Shown here: one piece after another, positions 37,726 to 51,700 of the stretch | Layout: each line of letters begins with the position of its first letter | Position numbering within the stretch: the stretch's first letter is position 1 | Assembly: GCA_965649765.1 (NCBI GenBank) | Contig: OZ287749.1 | Coordinates: 41,788,001-41,852,000, forward strand | DNA length: 64,000 nucleotides | From: Bispira polyomma | Lineage: Eukaryota | Direction of reading: 5' to 3' | Position numbers and translations under genes: made by a program | The notes under the pieces: generated by a model | Told to the model about the DNA's origin: nothing | Database searches by the model: none | The model's input: the letters and a program-made list of their open reading frames with translations, nothing else

Positions 37726-40700
37726 TTGGGTCATTGTTTATTTACAGTTTAAGAAAGAGTTTAGGTGTGGGTGTGCAAAGGTACCACTTATATTTATTGT
37801 TGAACTGTGTCTATTTTGTAACCTTATTGCATTATTTGTGTTATTGGGAGACAGTGTTATACCACTATTTATTGGATTTGTTTCTTGAATTGTTGTGTGT
37901 AATGAGAATTACACATGTGAGTTTATTTTAGCAATTGTACTGCATATTTTATCCTGGTTATATTTATTGTTTCAGCTAATTTTCTAAATGCCATGAATTC
38001 TTTAATTAGTGTCTTATCATGTTTCAGATTTTGAATTATTTAAGAAGAGATTGAGAGATTCAATATATATTTGAGAATTCTTATCCTTCGGCACCTTTTG
38101 ACAAAGAGGCCTATATTATGGAATTTATGGTATAATTTTAAGGAATATTTAGCTTTGTTATAAAAAAATTTGACCATTTGTTGGTGTTTTTTTCTTTTTT
38201 TGAGGCACCACCTTGAATTTTAAAAAGTAGTTCATAGTTGTTATTGGTACATTTAATTTAGTCTAACCTTGTCGAAACTAAATCAGGCTTAAGTTTATGA
38301 TCTGTTTAGTGCAGTATTATATAAATTACCACTGTTACAGAATTGTTCTTTTTCAAAACATAAGATGTCAAGCTTGGTTTTAATAAGGCTATACTTGATT
38401 GTGGGTTTGTTAAAAATATGTCCTAAATGTATAAACAAGTTTGTTTCAAAAATTTTTTTTAAAATATGTTTTCTTGTCACAGATGTTTTAACTATTTTGT
38501 TTTTGGCATTAGTACTTAATGCAGTATGTTAGACATTTTACACTGCTTTTCAGTGGTCAGTTATAGGGAATGTATTTATAGGAGTTTTCCCATGTATATT
38601 ATGCAATTTTTAAATGCATATTTGTGAAATGATAGTTTATTATTGTTTTATTATAAGCAAATGCTGGTGTTTTTCTATTTATGAATTGTATAGTTTATGA
38701 AATAGCGCAGTAGAGAGTACTTGTATATTTTAAGTATTTTTTTTACATAGGTATACTTGATAAATTAGTTAGCAAAAAGTTGGTTGCTTTATTGTTTTGA
38801 TTGCAGCCTATAGTTTTGAATGTCCAATGGGTCAAATACTTAAAACTCATTATTTAATTCTATTGCATTTCACTAGATAATGCACCATCAATATGGATGA
38901 GTATTATTGATATTTCAGTTTGTGTTTTGGGGTGCTGATGAAAATGCATGCTTACTTTCTTACAGAGTACATTTGATTCATGCAATCAGCAATTACAAGG
39001 GCACATTTCTAATCGGGACAATAATCACCAGGTTTTGGTGTAAAAGCTAAGCTATAAATAAAGAATGAAAGGATTTACTTTACAAGTGTAAATTCTAACA
39101 TTACTCTTCAGTTAGGCTTTTGTGTATTTGAGCATACAACTATCTTATTGTTTAAATTCTAACATTACTAGTCAGTGTTACTATTTTGTACATTTTAGCA
39201 GCCAAGTCTAACTATTCATTGTATACCATATGGTCTTGCGTAACAAAGTTGGCTGATAAAATAATTTTTGCCATAACAAACAATTTCAGTTTATTTTTTA
39301 AAAAACAAATTAAAAAAATAGTGAAAGTTTTCCTAAAGCTCCTAATCCAATTATTGTACAAAATTATTTGTCTTAGACATATGGCAATTTTTGAGATTGT
39401 GCAAAAATGGTATTGTCATCCCCAAGCAAATCCTACATACTTGATCCTTGACGGACCTTTTTCATCATGGATTGTTTGGATATTCTAATACCATCTGTGA
39501 CTAAGTGAATATTTCATTATCCCACAGTATAGATCGTTATGAGTTTGACAAATACATGCAGTCATTGCACCTTTACAATCAATAAATCCTCTCTACATGA
39601 AAAATGATCTAAAAACTACTGACCAGTTTCTGGTCTGTGTTTTATTTTCTTAGATCAGTAAAATAGTTGTGGCTTGCTGGCTTAAACATCATCTTTGTAA
39701 ACATGGTATTGGAAATACAAGCCATTTTCATAAACAATATCAATAAACAAAAACACATATAAAAATGACATACACATGTTCCTAATAAAGGGAATTTCTA
39801 CACTTTGGCATTGTTGGACCTTGCTAGAGCTTATGGCGCTATCAATCACAAGACTATAATGGAACGGTTCTCAGGATGGTTGTGTTTCAGGGATACTGTC
39901 CTAAAATAGTTTAGCTCCTACCTATTTGAAAAAATATCAATCTGTCAAGATTAGTGATGTACTTATCTGATCCTGTTTTTGTAGAATTTGGCGAGCCTCA
40001 GGGTTCCGTCCTGGGCTCAGTTTGATTTGATAACATACAACATCAAATTGTAATAGCCGCCTATAAATCCATTACCAAGTACCATATTTGCGCGTCTATC
40101 TTACATCCAGTTGTGCATCTAGTTCACACTAGATCTACTGACAAGATGCCTCTTAGATGTTCTGAAATGGATGGCTTAAAATATCTATGGATCAGGTACG
40201 GAGATTATAACATTACGTTTACAAGTTTCTCTTGTATACATTCTTGGACCTTCCCCTTTAACCAGTGATAAAGTGAGCAATTTGGAAGACTTTAGTTTGT
40301 ACAAAAATAAGCAATTTGATGTATGTGCATTGGACCAGTGTAATGATTATGGTTTAGCCCCACAAAGCCAAACAAGTTTCAATTAATGAATTTCAGACTG
40401 CAGTAGAAGTGGCGGACAGAACATCAACACACTTAAAGTATATTTTTATTTCTTAGTGACATTAATACCAGCCTTAATTAAACTAAAAAATACTGAAGTG
40501 AGAGAGGGGTGCCATGTACTGTGAAGTCGTGTTTGGAAACCTTATTTGTAAGAAACTATAAGAATATCCATTTTGTCCATTGTCTACCACACCTGATAGA
40601 ATTCAAATGACATGCAAATGGTGTTATCGTTCATTTGCAAAAGAGGGAAATTAAACAATAATAAAAGCATAAAAGGTAAATGGACTGAGCAGAAATACAG

Positions 40701-41345
40701 TTATTCAGTATATATAGTTGATATAGTGCATTAACTCAAGGGTGATATCTAATTGTCTACTACTAATATTATTCAATAAAAAAGGTACTTGATCACATGT
40801 GCCATTGATCTGAGAGTAATGTTTTGTGTTTCTGTGGAAATGGATGGAATCTTGCTTTATGCATACCATAGATTTTGAGAGTCAGATGGGTTTTTGCAAA
40901 TTTTTAAGAAAAAAGTAGAATTGTTTTATGGTTGGATTCTTCATGTAAAAAGTAATATTTACTTAAATAATAAATCATAAACATTTTATCAAATGTTGAT
41001 ACCTAAATAAAGCCTGACCTTGAATATGAATTAACGTGCTTTATATCGTGGTATTTTTCTGCTATATTTTTTTCTCTAATTGATTGACAAGGTACTGTGT
41101 CATTGTTGGTGAGCTTATTTTAAAGGTATTATAGATGAAATATTGATGGCTTTTGTAGGACAGGGCAGGCCAAATAGGCAGTTTTTCATTACTAATCCCA
41201 TTTATGTAATTGTTTTCTACCCTCAAAACGTATCAGACAATAGCAATAACACAATTTCTATTTCAAGGCATCTTTAGTTGTTTGTCAATGTAATGTGTTG
41301 GTGTAAATTCACAAGTTTATAGAAGAATAAATTCATTATCTTGGT
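37726..41345 (+). other. Probable long 3' UTR of the bZIP gene (end uncertain)
   Basis: T-rich + strand composition after the stop, with several ATTTA motifs. Candidate AATAAA near 39581, 40775 and 41326; the last is followed by a GT/T-rich tract. Confidence 0.4.
39780..40180 (+). mobile_element. Heavily decayed LINE RT fragment
   Basis: tttggcgagcctcagggttccgtcctggg encodes FGEPQGSVLG, a GVPQGSVLG-like motif. No open frame remains. Confidence 0.5.
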
Positions 41346-44300
41346 TGACTTGAGTTTGCCTTTTATTAAAAAAAATGGGCTTCATTGCAGAGAGTGGGAG
41401 AAAACTGTTTCAACAGACAACTTTAACACAAGTGCTTTTGTTGCCATATGTCAGAACCATAAAACATGTATAAATCCTATTGTATGAGTCAGTTATCATT
41501 TAATTGTTGAAACAAAAGGCCCTTGAGAGAACCCACCCTCTTCAAATTCATGGGATTCTTATATACATAGTCATATAAAACACATACAATTCGATGAAGT
41601 GTTTATGACGAGATCACAAAACTATCACAAAACCTGTTGAAATCAAAAGTATAACCACTATAAAATCTGCCCAAATAGTTGGGCAAATCTTAACATTTAT
41701 ATCCCTATAAGACTTGATGGATATTCTTGGCCTAAATAAAAACATTTACCTAATGTCCATGCTTCCTTGTTGAAAAAATCTAAACTGTTATGAAATGTTG
41801 AAACTGTTTCATTGAATTATATTCTTCTTCATTGTAATCTTACTAAATGGTTTTATGCCCGGATCACAGCTTCACCAATCAGAGCTGATGTTGAAGCCTA
41901 GGTCCCACTTCTGCGATTTTGAATTAAAATGTCAGTACAATATTGAAGGGATAATGGATCGCCGGTGATCAATCACGCTTCAACCAGTTGAAAATGCCTA
42001 GATTTCATCAGACTACTGTCTGCATGTGCCCCGTTGACTGGGGCGTCAAATTTAGTATAGACCTAATTCACCCAATAGGCACGAAAGATTGTGTTTAAAA
42101 ACTTGCACGCAGAGTGATTGGTAAACTAGCTCAAAAAGAGTATGAATGGAATACAACCAGTGGACATTTCAGGTAGATTAGGATCCCTAGCCAAGGCCAT
42201 GGACACAGATGAATATACCTGCCTCCCACTTTTGCGATCCACGAAAGAGGCACCTATGCGAGAGCTGTAAGAAGCCAGTGACTATAATTGGTCTATGATC
42301 GAGTTTAGAAGCTGTTGAAATCCCACAGAATGCAAGGGAGATTGCAAAGGGCAGAATTTAGCTGTCTTTGTGGAAATTTAGGATTTTTCTAAATTTCAGC
42401 AATGGATCACTCACAGCAGGGGTGGATGTTTGAGAAACCCAAGGGTCGAGTTGACAATGCATCACCATCGCAATAAACATGTAGTGATTAAATAAAGTGG
42501 TTGCAATCTCTGATATACTTTTTACTGACAAATCCGACAAACAAAACTGCAAAATAGCTTAAAATGCAATGAGAATGGCTGTTGAAAATCTACCATGATA
42601 ATTATTCCTAAATATTTTCCTACAATAATTTCACCCCCCCCCCCCCCCCCCCCCAAATAATGATGATCTTTTATTACAAAATTTCAAACGCTTCTGAGAT
42701 ATGTGAGATGTACAATATACAGGCGCACTAAAATTCAGTGTATGAACTGCACTCAATGAGTTCAGGAAAAGTGATTATGAAGTAGTAATATTGAAGAAAA
42801 CAATCTCAAATACAATGAAGCTTAACAACAGTGTGTGACTGTAAAGGACTAAAAGGACTACAATAACTGTGTGAGTTGTTGTACAACCATAAATTATTGT
42901 TGGCCATGTTTACTACCATATATATCTATTTAAGTCTATTTTTGGTCAGTTGTTTTGTTGACACTAATAGAGCAGTGAGTTCTATTTTCTCCAGTCGAGG
43001 TTATGTAAAGTAATTGTACTGTTAATTCACTAAAAATCTGGTATTTTTGGGTAAATATTGACCAAAAGCTGAAATGTCTATACATAGTTCACACCAAATT
43101 AATTCCACACTTAAGAGTGGAATTTATAATGTATTCGGACTAGAACACATCGAAGAAAAAATAATAAACATGTTTTATATGCAGGTAAAAGCACAAAGAA
43201 TATCAAAATACTCCAGAAGTTTGTTATTAATATCTGGATGATGTTGGTGTTAAGCTAAGTACTTCATCTTCCTTATTTTCATTGTAAATGAAGGTTAAGT
43301 ATCCATAATGGTAGGAAACACTTCCTCTTTCACAGATGTACTATTTACAAAACTGAAAACCTGTTTGTTTTGATCCTCCCACACATTTAAAGGCAATTAT
43401 GAATTTATTCTTAGTGCATTAGTGCAATAAAGACTTATAATTAGTACAGTTATATAACCCAGTAGAGTCCTTTTTGTGTTTTTTTGGCTAGGTATGAAAG
43501 AACGTCCCTTTTCCAGGAGTACAGCAGATATATAGATTACAAACCTTGGCTTTAGGATTAGTATTACATAAGCCACATATGTTTATATTCAATCCCTTGT
43601 GTAATGGACAAGGTCTGTATAACTAAAGAGTTAGTGTGCTGTTCAATGGCAAGTCCATGAAAGTGACATTGATTCACTCCCTGATTATGTCATACATTAT
43701 ACTGATGTGATTACTGGGCGATAATTGCCAAATTATTACCTCCAGAAGTTGTATACACAACACCGACACACTCAGAAACACGGGACCTAGGAGAAAGTCC
43801 TCTACTGGCAATTTACAAAACACTTTACATGTTTAGTGTAAACTAAGATGGCTTTTAAATTTAGAGAAAAAAATGATGGTAACTATCCAAAACAGGTGTT
43901 AGCTGTCGTCTTGTAAACAGTGTTTTTAATTAGAAATTTCCAAATCCTTATAATCCATGAGTTTTACCAAATAAAATATGCTGGCAAAACTAACTATATA
44001 GAAACACTCAAGCTGTCTGTCGGCGATCTTCAGCTATTTTGAAATGCGATCTCCGCTAATGAAGCAATGTGGATCATCAGTATTCGTAAGGTGATTGTAT
44101 TTAGAATGAGTTGAAAACACCACAATGCACCCGATTTGTGCATCCAGAGCAAACTGGTGCGACAATTTTATTTTAAACTAAATATATCACTACAGGTCGC
44201 TCACAACAAGGGGGGTTGTTTTAGAATTGTCAGGGTTGACTTGACCATGCATTGCCATCGCAAGGATTGCACAATAGTTGAGCAAATATCCCCTCTGTCG

Positions 44301-45269
44301 TTTTGCCCATGTGTATCGTTTGCTCTGTCATCACCTAATTAGACCCATCCCCCATTGTTTCTGAAAGAGAATGTGATGTGTTCTCAACTAGACCCACAAG
44401 TGACTACACGAACAACAAGTTCCAGTCAAGTTAAGGGTGAGTTAAGAATACACCCTGCATGCAAGGCAAGCGCTAAAGTCGACCCTAAAACAACTCCAAC
44501 CATTGTACATAGCTAGTGTGAATTGTATGTAGGTTGCCTAGATCACCAGGCAGGCGCTAGCCAAGATCGTGCAAGTGGGATGAGGCTTTTATTAACTCTC
44601 AAAGCCAAATAATATGAGGAAAATCTAGGAAATCTAATAATTTGTACACAAATACAACACCTAGGTCAACACTGATCGTTGAAGATCTCTCACTTTTATA
44701 TGTGGATATAACGAGTCTAAAAAGCTCGGTACATAAAAAAGATTGGTGAAGAACCCTCATTCTTGCTATGAATATAATTACTCAATAACGGTAAGTCAAG
44801 TTATAAGCAAATAAATCTCATTTTAGAAGTCTTAATTTTACTTTCTGATAGTGGGTTTTCAATAGTCTTTCAACAAGCAGAAAATATCCACTTGATCACC
44901 CAGATAAATGTACATAGAATTCTATGTATAGGAGGATGAGTGTTCATGTTTATTCTTAAGAGACTCACAAATTACTTAATGACACTAATATTTTTTTTTA
45001 CTATGTGACAATCGTCTTTGTTATCTACATAACGGGGAGGTATGATAAAGAGATCATATGTGTAGCTACAATTTAAGGATGATTAATCTTTATAATGTTA
45101 TAATGAAAGTGCATTATAAATAGAAATATGTACTTGAGCTAGGCCATGGGGTGTATTTGATCTTGTGTGGGTGTTTAAATCGGAAAGAAATAGACCTAAC
45201 TTAGATGGACACTCAGAAGAGCTTGTATACCTACCTCCGCCATACACCAAAAAGTGGCTGTAAAAAGTT

Positions 45270-45490
45270 AGGTCCTTGTACCCTTGGACATTGTGCTTTG
45301 CACAAAGTTGTCCCTCTCTAGCCAGATGTATAAATGGGTACCTGGCCGAAAATGGGTGTTAGTCTTTGTCCACCGTTTGTGGCAGGTTATGTGGCATTGG
45401 TTAACAAGTGCATAAACCCTGGCTGAAAACCGGCATAAGATAACAGTGATGTTAATAACTGTGCTATATCAAGTGATATTTATTATTAAA
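45270..45490 (+). mobile_element. CORE-like SINE copy
   Basis: gtacccttggaca...caaagttgtccctctcta..agatgtataaatgggtacctggcc is the reverse complement of the 4160-4245 core. Confidence 0.75.
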
Positions 45491-45759
45491 ATGCTGGTTT
45501 TCCCTATTTAGCCTCTTGAAAATATGTAAGGCCTTAGTGGATTGGTTAGAAATGAATCGACCCGGCCAAACTGAGGGGTGTCGTATTAATATATTTCTCA
45601 CTGTGCACCTGTGTCTTTTAAGAAAAAACAACTCTTGTTAATTTGTGTGATTTAGTGGGGTTTTTTTTTCCGGGGCCGATGCCCTAGACATTAACCAAGT
45701 TTGATTAAAATGAATGCTAAATCAGCTTACACAGAAAGTGTTACCATACAGAAAGTGCC

Positions 45760-46925
45760 CCTTCTCTATCATTAATGATATTAACCTTTATTGGACTGCA
45801 CCGAAGCTGTTGTCCTCACCCTTTTAAATCTCTCAGCAGCTTTCGACCCCATCACCACATTGCGACATCCTTAAACAATGGTTCGAATTAAATGGCACTC
45901 TCCTTGATTGCATTAGATCTTATCTTATTCTCCAAGCGCCAAAAAAAATCAACTATATGATTATTTATCATCTTCCTTCAACCTACCATATGGAGTTCCC
46001 CAGGGATTTGTCATTGGGCCTCTACTTTTTACCCTCATGTAGACATCCCCTCAGCACTATCATTAATAACCATAATATAAAACACCACACGTATACAGAA
46101 GACACCAAAGTCCACCTTTCTCTTAACCCTCAAAATGCACATAAAAATATTGATCTACTTGCGGACTGCCTGTCCTCTGTCCAGGCATAGATGAACTACT
46201 CCAAATTAAAATTAAATCCTGACAAAACTGAATTTTTTTTTGTGCCTGCTACTACCACATTTGTAATATTAAACAAAATCCGTAGCCATCTGTCTCTCGA
46301 CACTGCTGCCACGGTGGCCAATGCCCTTGTAAGTAGTTGCCTTGACTACTGTAACTCTCTTTTGTTTGGAGTAAACAAGTCACAGATTAAAATGCTCCAG
46401 TCCATTGAGAACTTCTTATGCAGGGTAATTTTTCCCCTGGGCAGTCGCACCAATATCCACTCCATTCCTTAAAAAGCTACACTGGCTTCCAATTCAGTAT
46501 AGAATTTGGTTCAAAATTAATGATACCACATTCAAGGCTGTAGTCACTCAACAGCGGCCCTACCTTGCTTCCCTTCTCTCTTTCAGTAACCTAAAGAGAG
46601 GCAATAAAGTCTCTGTCTCTTCTGTAAACCCTCCAGAAAGACTGAATTTAGAGATTTCTTCATTGCAGCTCCCTTGTGATAGAACTGTCTTTTAGTCGAC
46701 CTCAGATCATCAGACACACTTATTGGTTTTAGAAAAAAGCTTAAAACCCTTCCTTTTAACCTGGCCATCCAACCATAGTTTCCGCCCTGTACACACCACA
46801 CTCTTCCTTGCGACCTTGCTATGTCCATGGATCACACAATTGGATCACTGATGCCTGGCATCAATAAAACGCTTTAAAAATGAAAAAACAAAAACAAAAA
46901 ACAAACAAAAAAAACAACAAAAAAA
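45760..46925 (+). pseudogene. Decayed L2/CR1-type LINE reverse transcriptase (3' part of ORF2) with A-rich tail
   Basis: Frameshifted RT motifs: LNLSAAFD, GVPQG..GPLL, YTEDTK (YADD-like), MNYSKLKLNPDKTEF, ALVSSCLDYCNSLLFG, LHWLPIQYRIWFK, FFIAAP. AATAAA and an A-rich tail at 46863-46925. Confidence 0.85.
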
Positions 46926-48611
46926 CTAACAAATGAACAGGGATGAAAACATAACCTCATGACGGAAGTAAAATGCTGAAGTGGGTTTTTCTTGGGCGTG
47001 TGTCTTATTTCTTCTTATTTGTACCAACTTCTTAATGGTGTCGTTCCCAGTAATGTGAGACACTTTCTTTTTCTCTAAGAGCAAATATTCTAAATTAACC
47101 ACCCACACACATTAACAGGTATGATGATTTTATTTTTGGTTAAAGGGAATAAATAGCAATTATTACATTATATTATAAGTGTTAACCATTTTCAGGTAAC
47201 ACTCATGGTTTTACCCGATAAAACAAGGATTGTCTATTTATTTATCTTGTTTGTTTTGTGGATTATTTACAAACATTTCTTGCATTCATGTGACGAGGGG
47301 ATTTTTTCCAGTTATATGTGTAGCAAAAAAGCAGAAGTAAAAATTGTAAACGTGTATAGTACGTGTATAATAATAAATCTGGAAGCTCAAATTGGATAGA
47401 ATAAAATTAGACAACCTGATATTTGTAAATGCTCATTACTGTTGAGTGTATTTTTACAATCACTCACTAATGATGACTCAAAACAGTAAGTCAATACAGC
47501 ACTTGACACATAAAGCAAGCTTTAAACCGAATAGATTCTACACACAAAATGAAATCAAACATCAAACATATGAAGAGTTATATGGTCATTGAGCACCTGG
47601 CCACAAAATATAGTGTGTGAAGGTCAACAGCTCTAAATAAAACTGTGGCACTAATATAACAATAAAAACAACAAAAATTGTAGTCAGCCATTTTGTAATT
47701 GTCTCCAACTTTTTGGGTCAGCTGTGTGTGCCTTTCTTTTAACAAGGTCTCATTTGTCAATAATGATTGTACTTCTATTGACGTATACAAGACAAGTCCA
47801 CACTGCACCTCATTTATAACGCCTGTTTAAGCTTTTGATAAGGAAGTTCTTGCAAGGGCCAAATAAGTATCAGTACAAATTGGTAGAGATCAAGTACTTT
47901 TTGGTTAATTAAACATTTGCTTTATTACATTAAACTGTGATTTTGTGAATGACATCTTAAAAAATTACCGAATAAAGGAAAAAAACTTAAAATGAACACA
48001 ACTCTTATATGCAATGGATTGTGTGTTACTAAATTCTCGGAGTAATCCCTTTTTAAAGTTATATATCAATATAAATTGATGATACACTGTCATATTATTT
48101 GTAATGAAATGTATATTTACAATGTGCCTTATTGATACCAGGCATTGTCTAAAGTAGATTATCATAATCGATAAACCATGCATCATAAAGTTGTTCACAT
48201 CTTCCCAAAGGATGTTGTCTACCATTATACAACATGGTGTGTTACTAAGATTTGAACCATGTACTTCTGATTACCAGACCAACTTCCTAACCACTGACCA
48301 ACAACCAGCAAAAACATACAGTATTACCCTGTTCCCATCTAGCCCTTGACCGATAGCCAGTAGCCAGCAGCGGATGCCAATTCTATCACATAATAGATTT
48401 TATATTCATATGTTTACATATGGCCGATTTCTGTCGCTGCAAGAACTGAAAAAGAAGATCGTTTGTTGTCGGTCGGCTTGTAAACACTGTATAGAGTCTA
48501 TACAAGATTCAAAAAAGTTTCCAAATTTTTTTATAATACTTGTCCATTTACTTAATACATTTAGCAATTGAAATCTGCTTTATCAAAACACTAAAATCGG
48601 TTGATAGGTAA

Positions 48612-48784
48612 GCCTACGTTCTCATGTAAGCGACTTGCAATCCGACGCACAATTTGTAATTGGAAAATTGAATGCTGTTGGTCTCAGACAAACGATGCCA
48701 GGATGCTATATTTACAAAATAATTAGTTCTAAGCATCAAGTACATGCATCGGATATCGCAAGCCACTTACATGAGAATATAGGT
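48612..48784. mobile_element. Small MITE related to families A/C, apparently nested in an older element (~48407-48822)
   Basis: TIR GCCTACGTTCTCATGTAAGCGACTTGC / GCAAGCCACTTACATGAGAATATAGGT, flanked by TAA and TTA. Confidence 0.7.
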
Positions 48785-51700
48785 TTACAGTTGACGGCGA
48801 TCTGCTACATCGAAACATATACTAATAGATATATCAGTGTGGAGTCGATTAGGTGCTCTTTCTTTTGACCTGTTTTTTTGTTACCTGTGTACACTATGGT
48901 CAAGTGTTTACTGTGTTAGAACTGTACACAAACCACATATACATTAGGGGTACACCCGTGTCGTGTACTTTCTACAGGGTGACTGGTCTGCCAAGTGTTT
49001 AGGACATCATGTCCACTTCACCATAGCTTTTCTGTGACCCCTCTTCTCCAATTCTTTAGGGGTCTTTGCAGATTACATGATTAGAACGAGACGAGTACGA
49101 ATGGGGGAAGTAAATAATTTAGAAGCCAATGCCTCTTTTCATTATAGTATCATTCATAATATTATCGAAAAATTTTAAATGGACACAATTACTTTTAGGT
49201 GTCTGTTTTTAAAAGCTGGGTCCCCACTTCTGTGATTCAGAAAAGGGATTTCCGTGTGAGCGCTGTGAGAAGCTGGTTGCATGCATTCACCCCCGTGGTT
49301 AACTTTAGAAGGAGTTGAAATCCGATGGTCATCCAAGAAATGCAAGGATCTAGTTGACTACTGCAGTATTCGTGTGTTTCAGTGCATTAAAACACTCGGG
49401 CTTCTGAAGTCTCCCCTTTAGTGGGATGGTGGGTTTAAAGCTTTGACTATGAGAAGATCTGTGTGTACAATTCTTCACATATATGATGTGAGGTGAGTAT
49501 GTGCAACTTTCTAAGTTTTACTTGCCCCGTGTGTGGATTGGCCCTAATATATTAGTAATTGTGATCAACAACAAATTCAAAACAATCTACATTCAAATAC
49601 ACAGAGTAATACAAATCTGAGTTATCACACTAGTGTGTGAGAGGGAATGAAACCACTTGTTAGCTAGTACTCACATCACATCTACCAAGTAATATTGAAG
49701 TCTATACCAAGCCCTAACCCAACTATACTTATACTAAGTGGTCTTATGACATTCTGAAGTCATTTATCTATATCAGCCTCTGGCAAAAACATATAAAAAT
49801 GACAGTAAATAGTGTTAAACTGTGGCAAGTCCGTAAAACCCAAAGTATATCAGAATATTAAGGGAAAGCTAACGGATTGATAATGGGTTGACACGTAAAC
49901 AGTTATCTTCATATGCACGTATCAGTTGAACACACATTAAAACCAGTGCATTAACATTTAGTGTAAAAAAATATTCTGTCTAAATATTTAGATAGCCCAC
50001 TTCACCTGTGCCCTTTAACACTTTAAATGAGGGGAGATTTACAGATTGGCAAATATTATCTAAAGGCTCTACACAGTTAGGTGAGCAATCCTGTTATAAA
50101 AACTAATGAATTAAAATTGATCAGTTGTTGGCCAAACATTAATGTGTATTAACAAATAATACAAAGTAACATAATATATTATTTTATTTTTACATAATAT
50201 ATTATATGAATATATGTATATATATTAAATAACCTGTTATATTTTGATGTATGTTCAAAACTAGCACACTGGTCTATAAGTCTCTCAATACATGCCTCTC
50301 AAAATACCTCAGCCCGTATCCCACTTCTTACTTTCAGCAAGGTAATACCTGTCATGGTAAGTTTAACAAATTACTTTTCAATGTTCCTACGCAGCATACA
50401 CAGATCAAAAGTCCACTTCAATCGTAGTTTCTCATACGATGCACCCAGGTAATGGAATGACCTATCACAAGATATTAGAAGCAAGACTTATAACTATGAA
50501 AAAGCTTATGTCTCCTGACACGGGCTTACCATCACTGACTCATTCTCTGGTACCGACCCTTTTTCCGTCCACCACGATATGATTACTGAATAATGATTTT
50601 ATTTGTTACGCCTTAGCATCCACTAGTCCGAAGATTAAGCACTATTACAGAATGTATTAGATTAGATTAAAATATGTGTAAGGTATTATCTAATTACACT
50701 GAGAATGGCGCACGTCTCATTGGTATAACACACACTTTCTTCACACCTCTGTGGATGTGGGTTCAAACCTCGGCCCTATCGTGTATGTAGGGAAGTTGGC
50801 AGTAGACTTGCTGAAGGCCGGTGGTTTGCAGAGAAGACATATACCTTGACCTATCTATGTTGTTCTTTATTTTCTCCACCAGTGAAACTACCCAGCGTGA
50901 TATGAGAAAAATGTATTGAATGCGACACTTAACCAAAACACAATTATATTGGAAATGCTAGATGAAATATAGAAGAAAAAATAATAGAGAACAATTTGTA
51001 AATTTGCAAAATGGAAAAATCTTACTCTGTGTTAAAGAAATATTTTTTTTTATCTGAGTAATGAGTAGTTAAGGCTTGTCATTATCTATTTTTCTCCACT
51101 TTTGTTTTTTTATGATACAATGAAGCTACAAGTAAGCAGCTACAATATAATATACACTGAGTGGGTCTCAGTGGGGCCATCCTATCAGTTCTGTATGTAG
51201 CTCTCTCAGATTAGGTTTAATACCTAAGGAGCCTCGGCTTGTCTCCCAGACCCCAGAACTACCTAGTCAGTGAGTAGTACATCACCTCTGTCTACAACTA
51301 CATCACAACACAACATAGTCTTCCTCTGAGATCATAATATTGATGGGAGTTACACACAGTTGTTAGCCTGGTCCAAGGCTTAGTTTTGTATTAGTTTAGG
51401 TTTTATGTCAAGGTCATCATGTTTTGGGTTCATATGACACTAGCAAGTTCACTGGTGGAGGATATCAGAACAGGGCAGCTGGGTTTTTTAGACCTTCTAA
51501 AGTGATTGTTACCTGGGGCCGCCATGTTCTATATAGGGTCTAAAATTTACATTTAGGGGGTCAGTCATTTAGGGAGTCAATTTATATTGCTAATATTTAT
51601 GAAAAAATACATCTTGTTTTATTGAGGTTAATGTTATATTTGTCTTATATTTATGGTTAGTATATTTATCTTATCTAGGAATGCGTCTGGGGATTCTCTT

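Noticed and set aside
45957-46472. Two ORFs (77 and 93 aa) as host genes
   Set aside because: They are pieces of a frameshifted LINE RT.
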